A stretch of DNA of 48,455 nucleotides, from assembly GCA_937910245.1 (NCBI GenBank), contig CALEOR010000139.1, positions 1 through 48,455 of the forward strand, read 5' to 3'. Made by a program: the position numbers and the translations under genes. Positions 42,146 to 48,455 of this stretch are shown here, in pieces. Every line of letters begins with the position of its first letter. Within the stretch, counting starts at the first letter, position 1. This DNA is from an uncultured Verrucomicrobiales bacterium (GTDB lineage Bacteria > Verrucomicrobiota > Verrucomicrobiia > Verrucomicrobiales > Akkermansiaceae). The notes beneath the pieces are model-generated. The model saw nothing but the letters and a program-made list of their open reading frames with translations. It ran no database searches and was not told the DNA's origin.

Positions 42146-44890
42146 ATGAAACCGCCATCTGCCCGAGATCTCTTCGCCCGCGCTCTTGATTTAAATCCGG
42201 ACGATCGAGATTCTTTTCTGGCCGCAGAGTGTGGGAAAAACGCCGAGCTCCGCCTTGAGGTCCAACGCCTTCTGGTCGATTCCGAGAAGGCTCAGTCCTT
42301 CTTTTCCGACGAAGACGGGGCCACCATCGGAATGGAAGAATTTGACGACACCTTCACCGAAGCAGAGGGCGACGTCGTCGGCCCCTACACCCTGCGCCAA
42401 CAGATCGGCGAGGGCGGCTTCGGCACTGTTTGGATGGCCGAGCAAAGCGTGCCCATCTCTCGCATGGTGGCGCTCAAGGTCATCAAGGCCGGGATGGACA
42501 CCAAGCAGGTCCTCGCCCGCTTCGAGGCCGAGCGCCAGGCCGTCGCGATGATGGATCACCCCAATATCGCCAAAGTCCTCGACGCCGGTGCCACTTCCAC
42601 CGGCCGACCCTACTTCGCGATGGAGCTCGTCAAGGGCATCCCCATCACCCAGTTCTGCGATCAGCAGAAGTTTGGCCCCAAACGCCGCCTCGAGCTCTTC
42701 CGCGACGTCTGCGCCGCCGTCCAACACGCCCACCAGAAGGGCATCATCCACCGCGACCTCAAGCCCTCCAACATCATGGTCACCCTCGCCGCCGATGTCC
42801 CGGTGGTGAAGGTCATCGACTTCGGCATCGCCAAGGCCACCCAAAACAAGCTCACCGAAAAGACCCTCTTCACCCGCTTCGAGCAGTTCCTCGGCACTCC
42901 GGTCTACATGAGCCCCGAGCAGGCTGCGATGAGCGCGATCGACATCGACACCCGCTCAGACATCTACAGCCTCGGCGTGTTACTTTACGAACTGCTGGCA
43001 GGTGCGCCGCCCTTCGATCAGAAGTCACTCCTCTCTGCCGGTTACGATGAGATGCGCCGCATCATCGCAGAGGACGAGCCTCCCAAACCCAGCACCCGCT
43101 GCACCGAGACCCGGATCCAGGCAAGCACCGCGACGGGCACCGGATCGAAGCCGAAGAAATTTCATATCAGCGCCAGCGCCCTAAAGGGCGAACTGGACTG
43201 GATCGTGATGAAGGCCATCGAGAAGGACCGCACCCGGCGCTACGAGACTGCCAACGCCTTCGTGGCCGACATCGAGCGCTACCTCGATGACGAGCCGGTG
43301 GAGGCCGCCGCGCCAAGTACCACCTATAAGTTGAAGAAGTTCGCGCGGCGAAATCGGACTGCAGTTGCTTTTGCCACCACGATCACCGTTCTCTTGATTG
43401 CGGGGATCTTCGGAACCACGTGGTTTGCGCTGTCCTCTCAGGAGGCCCGAATCGATGAGAAACAGGCCAAGGAATACGCACTTAAGAGCGGGGAAGAAAC
43501 CAAAAAGGCCCTCGAGCGAACTAAAGTCGCATTAAATCAATCCCGCTACGAAGAAGCCAAAACCTGGTTGGAAAGAGCGCGACTGGCAATAATGCAGAAG
43601 AACAAATTCGCGGCCGCCATGATGGCCGCGAAAGGCTTGGGATTTCGAGGATTTGGTGCGGAGCGGCAGACCGAGGAGTTCCGGAAAGCCAATCCGGTGC
43701 TCCTGGAGAAAGAGAAGCCGGAATTCGAGGAGCTCATGCAAATCGCGATGGACGGCAACGTTCCGTGCCGTCCAATTTGGCGATCTCCTCTTGGCTCGCA
43801 TAAAGAAAGGGTCTCCACAGTGACCTTCAGCCCGGATGGCGCCACCCTCGCCAGCGGAAGTTGGGATGAGACGATCAAGCTCTGGGACCTCTCGAGCGGA
43901 AAGGAGATCCGAACCTTCGGGCACCAAGACACGGTCATGAGTGTGGCCTTCAGCCCGGATGGCAGCACCCTCGCCAGCGGGAGTGGGGACGGGACGATCA
44001 AGCTCTGGGACCTCTCGAGCGGAAAGGAGATCCACACCTTCGGGCACCAAGACCTGGTCTTGAGTGTGGCCTTCAGCCCGGATGGCAGCACCCTCGCCAG
44101 CGGGAGTGCCGACAAGACGATCAAGCTCTGGGACCTCTCGAGCGGAAAGGAGATCCACACCTTCGGGCATCAAGACAGGGTCATGAGTGTGGCCTTCAGC
44201 CCGGATGGCAGCACCCTCGCCAGCCGGAGTGACGACAAGACGATCAGGCTCTGGGACCTCTCGAGCGGAAAGGGGATCCGCACCTTAAGGCACCAAGACT
44301 TGGTCAGTAGTGTGGCCTTCAGCCCGGATGGCACCACCCTCGTCAGCCGGAGTTACGACAAGACGATTAAGCTTTGGATTGTGGACAACTCACCGCCCGA
44401 TCTGGCAGGCTACCTCGATCCCCGAAATCCCTGGTACCGACTTGAGGGATCAGGGATTTCCTTGAATTCCCAAACCGGCGATCGACTTGTGGATAGGGAA
44501 CCGCAGTTCCTGAATGTTTCTCCCGTCAGCCATGTGGGCATCCTCCACAGCACCCGCTCGCCGGAAAAAAAGAACCGCGCTCTCTTTTGGAATTATCTGC
44601 ACGCCGGGAACTGGAACAGCGCCGGGGTTCTGTATGCGCGCTTGACCGACCCAGCCTCAAAAGAATCAGCCCGGGAGATGACCGTTCTGAGACGCGCGGC
44701 CAAGGCGCAATCCGCCTTCGACGGCGGACTCTACCGTCATGCCAGGTGGCACCTGGAAGAGATCACTCCGCTGTTGAAGCCCGATGAAACCGATCCAGCG
44801 ATGTTGAGAGCGAAGGAGCTGATCGAGCGATTGAAAGACGACTTGGATCAACGCGAGGCCTCCGACGGTCGGAAGGATTCGCCAAAGTAA
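42146..44890 (+). CDS. Hanks-type Ser/Thr protein kinase, single TM, C-terminal WD40 sensor
   Basis: A 914-aa ORF. The catalytic domain is identical in amino acids to that of the 29945 kinase over ~245 residues. The TM helix is VAFATTITVLLIAGIFGTTWF. A coiled region follows, then ~4.8 WD40 repeats (VAFSPDGSTLASGS.D.TIKLWDLSSGKEI.TFGHQD) and a ~165-aa tail. Confidence 0.92.
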   Translation: MKPPSARDLFARALDLNPDDRDSFLAAECGKNAELRLEVQRLLVDSEKAQSFFSDEDGATIGMEEFDDTFTEAEGDVVGPYTLRQQIGEGGFGTVWMAEQSVPISRMVALKVIKAGMDTKQVLARFEAERQAVAMMDHPNIAKVLDAGATSTGRPYFAMELVKGIPITQFCDQQKFGPKRRLELFRDVCAAVQHAHQKGIIHRDLKPSNIMVTLAADVPVVKVIDFGIAKATQNKLTEKTLFTRFEQFLGTPVYMSPEQAAMSAIDIDTRSDIYSLGVLLYELLAGAPPFDQKSLLSAGYDEMRRIIAEDEPPKPSTRCTETRIQASTATGTGSKPKKFHISASALKGELDWIVMKAIEKDRTRRYETANAFVADIERYLDDEPVEAAAPSTTYKLKKFARRNRTAVAFATTITVLLIAGIFGTTWFALSSQEARIDEKQAKEYALKSGEETKKALERTKVALNQSRYEEAKTWLERARLAIMQKNKFAAAMMAAKGLGFRGFGAERQTEEFRKANPVLLEKEKPEFEELMQIAMDGNVPCRPIWRSPLGSHKERVSTVTFSPDGATLASGSWDETIKLWDLSSGKEIRTFGHQDTVMSVAFSPDGSTLASGSGDGTIKLWDLSSGKEIHTFGHQDLVLSVAFSPDGSTLASGSADKTIKLWDLSSGKEIHTFGHQDRVMSVAFSPDGSTLASRSDDKTIRLWDLSSGKGIRTLRHQDLVSSVAFSPDGTTLVSRSYDKTIKLWIVDNSPPDLAGYLDPRNPWYRLEGSGISLNSQTGDRLVDREPQFLNVSPVSHVGILHSTRSPEKKNRALFWNYLHAGNWNSAGVLYARLTDPASKESAREMTVLRRAAKAQSAFDGGLYRHARWHLEEITPLLKPDETDPAMLRAKELIERLKDDLDQREASDGRKDSPK
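43799..44390 (+). repeat. Tandem 123-bp (41-codon) WD40-coding repeats, ~4.8 copies
   Basis: Repeat units start at 43799, 43922, 44045, 44168 and 44291. Units 2 and 3 differ at only ~7 of 123 nt, and the differences cluster in two codon patches. Confidence 0.9.
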
Positions 44891-45194
44891 AGCTCACCAT
44901 CGGTGGCCGGGTGGACATCATGAATGGCGTGAAGTTCATCTTCGACGGGAAGATCCTTGCCCACCAGGGCCGCTACCTCGTACCGCTGACCGACCTGGAT
45001 ATCATTATCGATGCGTCATACGCCCCCAATATATCCGGCATACCAGGGCTTTCGACACCGTCGTCATTGCCCCAGGTCACGGGAGGGACGGGCGTTGAGA
45101 AACAGAAGGCACAAATCAAATCGTCTGGCATTTTACAATTCACGGGTGTTGTAAATTGCGGCTGCCTGCGCGTGTTGCAGCGTTCTCTCTGAAA

Positions 45195-45223
45195 TTGACC
45201 TCATCAAGGTGATCAGGTAGCTT
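45195..45223 (+). promoter_or_regulatory. Sigma-70-like promoter TTGACC-N17-TAGCTT
   Basis: The -10-like box ends 6 nt before the antitoxin ATG at 45230. This is a pattern match only. Confidence 0.3.
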
Positions 45224-45229
45224 ACATCC

Positions 45230-45439
45230 ATGCCCACGTTAATTGAAGTCCAGCGAGATGCTGACCAACTTTCCGATGAGGATCGGATTGGTTTGGCAGC
45301 GCATCTTCTAGCATCCGACCGTTTGGCTCCACTTGGACCTGATGATGAAGAGATAGATCGCCGTGAGCAGGAGATGGACGCAGGTCTTGTTGAGCCAATC
45401 AGCCACGGAGAATTTCTACGACAGGTTGGTCGAGCGTGA
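45230..45439 (+). CDS. Type II antitoxin-like 'addiction module component' (Unstab_antitox/TIGR02574-like)
   Basis: A 69-aa ORF reading LSDEDRIGLAAHLLASD...DEEIDRREQEMDAG...ISHGEFLRQV. It has the typical acidic helical antitoxin pattern and size. Its stop overlaps the next ORF start as GTGA. Confidence 0.6.
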   Translation: MPTLIEVQRDADQLSDEDRIGLAAHLLASDRLAPLGPDDEEIDRREQEMDAGLVEPISHGEFLRQVGRA

Positions 45440-45591
45440 GGTCGGCGGTCTACCACCCGAAGGTTCCCGCTGAAGTGCGTGAGATCGTAGCTCACTACGA
45501 GGGGATTTCTCCAGCATTGGCAGTCGGCGTTCTTAACAAAACACGGAGCGACCCGGCTCCGACCTGCACATTGGCGGAATCACACTCGTAG
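45436..45591 (+). pseudogene. Truncated ParE/RelE-like toxin remnant
   Basis: A GTG start overlaps the antitoxin stop by 4 nt. VRSAVYHPKVPAEVREIVAHYEGISPALA resembles the N-terminus of ParE-type toxins (F.P.A..E...A..YY....P.LA). The ORF ends after 51 codons, against ~90-100 expected, and similarity is lost after ~30 residues. Confidence 0.45.
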
Positions 45592-45640
45592 AGATGGAGT
45601 GAGCGTTTCCAAGAAGCCCATCCGCAAAATACAATTGGAG

Positions 45641-47077
45641 CTACTTCAGTCGAACGGGTTTGGCTCCGGTGATTTGGAGCTTTTTAAACTTGGCGGTGAG
45701 GACGAGGGCATTTGCGGCGGTGGCGTTGATTCGGGGGCCGGCGCTGTAGTCCTGGGGATTATTGTCGCGGTTGGGTTGGTAGTAGAAGTTTCCCTCGGGG
45801 GTGTGGGCCATCGCAAAGTGCCAGCGGTTGTAGTCCATGAGCATGCGGAATTGGGCGGGGTCGGCAAGAGCGCCGAGGCCGGTCCAAGCCAGGCCGAGGA
45901 GCGGGGAACCGTGGGTGTCGGGGAAGGTCTTGGGGTAGTTGCCGATACAGCCAGCGGTGAGGAGCGCAAAATCGCGATACTCCTTTCCGCCGACGGGGCT
46001 GACGTGATGGGCGAGGGCCGTGATGCCGGTGCGACCCATGTCGGCGTATCCGGGGTTTCTGCGACCACCATCCTTATACCAAACGTATCCGATATCGTTG
46101 GTGCCTTTGGCAACAAAGTCGTGGGTGGCCCGAAATTTTTCGGCGGGGACTTCGAGGCCACAGCGCATCATCATGCCAAGAGCCATTTTTGCCTGCATCG
46201 TGATGGCATTGATCGCTCCATAGCCATTGCCGCCGGGCTTGTTGGCGGGGCGATGTCCCCAGCCACCATTGGCCATTTGCGCTTTCAAAAGCCACTTTTT
46301 GATCTGCTCGAGCTCGGGTTTGATCCAGTCCTCGCGAGTGAGGATATAGTATTCGCAGAGGGCGGTGCCGTAGAGGGTGTATTTCCAGCAGTCGAGTCCG
46401 CCATAGTCGATCTTGTCGTTGGTCGCTTTGGCGAAGGTGCGCATCGATTTTTCGACGGCGGGAAGGAAGTCCTTGTTCCCACTGCCCAGCAGGGCGAGAG
46501 CGGCGAAGGTGTCGGCATCGGGACGCCCATTCCAGAGTCCGTTGGGCCTTTGGGTTTTGAGAAGGAAGTCGTAGCATTCCTTGAGGATGAGGTCGGTCTT
46601 GGGGCAGTTGTAGGGGAAGGTCTTGGAGAAGGATCCGTATTTGGTGGAGAGGTCGAGAGAGACCTCCTGCTTCTTTTCGGCGCGAATGATCTGGAGGGTG
46701 ATTTTGCCCTTCGCGGAATCGAGGGCCTGGCCGAGTGCCATCATGGGACCTTCGTATCCGAAGAATTTGGGGCCGTAGCCGAACTTGTGAGGTTCGGAGA
46801 ATGGAGTGCCGTTGACTCCGAGAATGCGGTCGCCCACTTTCAGTTTTCCGTGCGCCGGAGTGTCCGGAAAGAGGTAGGCGATTTCGAATTCCTGCGGTCG
46901 TTCCAGGTGAATTTTGGCACGAGCTCCGGTGATACCGAGATTGATCAGCCAACCGCCGGCCTGGGCATCCGAGGCGGATCGGGTTTGTTTGTCCCAGGTG
47001 GCATTCTTGCGAAGAGCATGGCCGGGAACAACGGTGGCGAAGAGGGCAAAAGTCAGGAGAAGCGAGCAGGATTTCAT
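45641..47077 (-). CDS. Secreted protein with PDZ-like N-domain and alpha/alpha-toroid-like repeats; paralog of 14090-16345
   Basis: A 478-aa ORF with a signal peptide and a PDZ-like segment (KLKVGDRILGVNG). Q..NG.W-type motifs (LKTQRPNGLWNG, LKAQMANGGWGH) are reminiscent of prenyltransferase/terpene-cyclase toroid repeats. The 783-aa plus-strand ORF over it is a shadow ORF. Confidence 0.75.
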   Translation of the reverse strand: MKSCSLLLTFALFATVVPGHALRKNATWDKQTRSASDAQAGGWLINLGITGARAKIHLERPQEFEIAYLFPDTPAHGKLKVGDRILGVNGTPFSEPHKFGYGPKFFGYEGPMMALGQALDSAKGKITLQIIRAEKKQEVSLDLSTKYGSFSKTFPYNCPKTDLILKECYDFLLKTQRPNGLWNGRPDADTFAALALLGSGNKDFLPAVEKSMRTFAKATNDKIDYGGLDCWKYTLYGTALCEYYILTREDWIKPELEQIKKWLLKAQMANGGWGHRPANKPGGNGYGAINAITMQAKMALGMMMRCGLEVPAEKFRATHDFVAKGTNDIGYVWYKDGGRRNPGYADMGRTGITALAHHVSPVGGKEYRDFALLTAGCIGNYPKTFPDTHGSPLLGLAWTGLGALADPAQFRMLMDYNRWHFAMAHTPEGNFYYQPNRDNNPQDYSAGPRINATAANALVLTAKFKKLQITGAKPVRLK

Positions 47078-47137
47078 AGGCGAGTGGCTTGGATACGTGA
47101 GCCGGGGTCACTTCATTACAATCAGCAAGCGGACGCT

Positions 47138-47971
47138 TCAACCACCCGGAAGCGTGACCCGGAAAAGGGCCGCGACCTTGGCGATCCCGGCGTGATGCTT
47201 TTTGGGAGCGACGCTTTGCCACTCCCGAAGGAAGTCAAGGAAATCGATTTCCCGATCGGGAACGGAGTTGAGGTAGGCCACCGATCCCCAAAGTTCGGGA
47301 TCAGCTTCAAAGATGGGCAGCATGGCCTTGGCAACGACACGGTTTTTTGGCCGGTCGGTGCCGGTCTTTTTCAAAGCGTCCCGGTGGGTTTGAAACCACT
47401 TGGAGAGATCTCCGGGGACTTCGGTTTCATCGATCAAATTGTCGGCATACTTGGTGAGTGCAGTCCGATAACTGCTCCAATTGGGATAGGGGGCATCCTT
47501 GGCCCAGGTCTCCCCCATCGTCCGCAGCGAGTAGAGCGAAGCCATCTCGCAAACCGCTTCCTCGAACCAAAGGTTCCAGTTCGGTCCCTCCTTGTAGTTA
47601 CAAAGGATGTGGCAGAACTCGTGGGAAAACTGATAGGCATACTGCGACCAGTAGGGTCCATTCACATTAAGACGAACCCGGTGCTCCCCCTTCGGCCCAC
47701 GCTTATACAGCACGATCGGACCACCTTTTGGCTCCACCGTAATCGTAGAGATCTCGCGATCGGGAAACCGGGCATGCAGCGGCTTGATCGCCGAATCCAG
47801 AATCGCTTTCACATCAGACGTCGACGCCCCCCAATTCTCGCCCTGTGGCTTGATGGTAAGGTGATTCTTTTTGGAGTTCTTCGGCTGCGCGCTGGACCCG
47901 ACAACCCCGAGAGAGAGCATCACGACGACGACAAGCGGAGTAACGATTGAAAGGAATAGGGGCGTTTTCAT
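47138..47971 (-). CDS. Secreted protein with HExxH motif (putative zinc metallopeptidase-like)
   Basis: I chose the start at MKTPLFLSIVTPLVVVVMLSLG (signal/TM). It contains YQFSHEFCHIL (HExxH), with downstream acidic residues (WFEEAVCE). Confidence 0.55.
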   Translation of the reverse strand: MKTPLFLSIVTPLVVVVMLSLGVVGSSAQPKNSKKNHLTIKPQGENWGASTSDVKAILDSAIKPLHARFPDREISTITVEPKGGPIVLYKRGPKGEHRVRLNVNGPYWSQYAYQFSHEFCHILCNYKEGPNWNLWFEEAVCEMASLYSLRTMGETWAKDAPYPNWSSYRTALTKYADNLIDETEVPGDLSKWFQTHRDALKKTGTDRPKNRVVAKAMLPIFEADPELWGSVAYLNSVPDREIDFLDFLREWQSVAPKKHHAGIAKVAALFRVTLPGG

Positions 47972-48176
47972 TTTGCAATCTGGGTTAAGGCTACGGCTTA
48001 GTGCGATGCATGGGAACACTTGAGTTGGGCACCTCACAAATCTCTTTCCTGCGGCTGTCAGCAGATGGTGACCCTCGGATTCCAATTACTCAAACGAGAT
48101 CGCGATCACACCCCGTCGATCTTGACTTGAGAATGGTCGTTGCATTTCAATTTGGAATCCCTGAAAAGTTCATAAG

Positions 48177-48407
48177 ATGAAATTCCCAAACTGTGCTCAA
48201 CGCTTTCGTAGAGTCTTGATGGCCGGGCTCATGGGCTTGGGTGTTCTCCTGTCGGTCTCCCCTGCCAAGGCCACCAACTGGCAGGCCAATATCAAACCGG
48301 GCTCGGACATCGTCATGAACGACCTGCGCTGGCCGGTGTGGGACGCCGGCACCTACTATTGCTTCTGGTACATGAGCTTCTATCCGAAATTCTCGTCACT
48401 TTACGGA
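48177..48407 (+). CDS. 5' partial CDS, secreted hypothetical protein (truncated by contig end/adapter)
   Basis: ATG at 48177. The translation is MKFPNCAQRFRRVLMAGLMGLGVLLSVSPAKA (signal peptide) followed by TNWQANIKPGSDIVMNDLRWPVWDAGTYYCFWYMSFYPKFSSLYG. The frame is open until the adapter begins at 48408. Confidence 0.55.
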
Positions 48408-48455
48408 CTGTCTCTTATACACATCTCCGAGCCCACGAGACCGAGGCTGATCTCG
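48408..48455. other. Untrimmed Illumina Nextera adapter (i7 side), not genomic
   Basis: The sequence is CTGTCTCTTATACACATCT-CCGAGCCCACGAGAC-CGAGGCTG-ATCTCG: mosaic end, Read-2 adapter, index and the start of P7. It is the reverse complement of 1-46 plus 2 nt. Confidence 0.95.

Noticed and set aside
44911-45192. A 93-aa plus-strand ORF between kinase 3 and the antitoxin gene.
   Set aside because: It starts at a non-ATG codon and has no recognisable motif or signal. It could be a gene remnant, but I cannot support it.
45599-47950. A 783-aa plus-strand ORF, the longest non-kinase ORF in the track.
   Set aside because: It is Gly/Val/Ala/Glu-rich and low-complexity with no motifs. It lies antisense to two minus-strand genes that have clear signal peptides and motifs (PDZ-like/toroid protein and HExxH protein). 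It is a typical high-GC shadow ORF.
1-48455. A perfect ~46-bp terminal inverted repeat, which could suggest a transposon, a linear plasmid or phage ends.
   Set aside because: The repeat is exactly the Illumina Nextera mosaic end, adapter and index sequence. It is a library artefact, not a biological TIR.

Overview
This is a GC-rich 48.5-kb contig, roughly 57% GC by eye. It shows PVC-superphylum hallmarks: PEP-CTERM tails, a Planctomycete-type cytochrome c lipoprotein, an SHD1 module, and TIGR02999-like ECF sigma factors next to Hanks kinases. It is most consistent with a Verrucomicrobiota-like metagenome assembly. Both ends are untrimmed Illumina Nextera adapter (1-46 and 48408-48455), so the genomic insert is 47-48407. 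I support about 36 protein genes. By eye I found no rRNA, tRNA, CRISPR array, IS element or integrase. Housekeeping genes (lpdA, pyrE) sit among unusually dense Ser/Thr signalling: four ECF sigma genes, three with partner Hanks kinases carrying TPR, TPR and WD40 sensors, an FHA-adenylate cyclase, a PPP phosphatase and a Fic AMPylase. The main proposals follow. (1) A bipartite motif, TG(A/T)(C/T)C-N16-ACGC(A/G)T, occurs seven times. Every copy is intergenic and co-oriented with the downstream gene. Four copies sit 6-11 nt from an annotated ATG (a fifth lies 6 nt from an unannotated 22-codon ORF), which suggests an ECF promoter, a local regulon and leaderless mRNAs covering the three kinases, an MFS transporter, two PEP-CTERM proteins and a lipoprotein. 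(2) A TlpA-like thioredoxin gene is split by an in-frame TGA exactly at the first Cys of WCGPC (giving UGPC), with a downstream GGUC-loop hairpin; this is a candidate selenoprotein. (3) A 425-bp tract is 100% identical between two kinase genes whose sensor domains differ, consistent with gene conversion or domain swapping. (4) A rearrangement scar is present: direct repeats of ~275-320 bp flank a 2.9-kb insert, with gene fragments joined at 6-nt microhomologies. (5) A ~100-nt intergenic element occurs twice and carries a compensatory stem change. (6) Three AAAGAA/TTCTTT palindromes lie in front of fic. (7) The WD40-coding repeats are near-identical 123-bp units. All coordinates were derived by hand, and no database search was possible.
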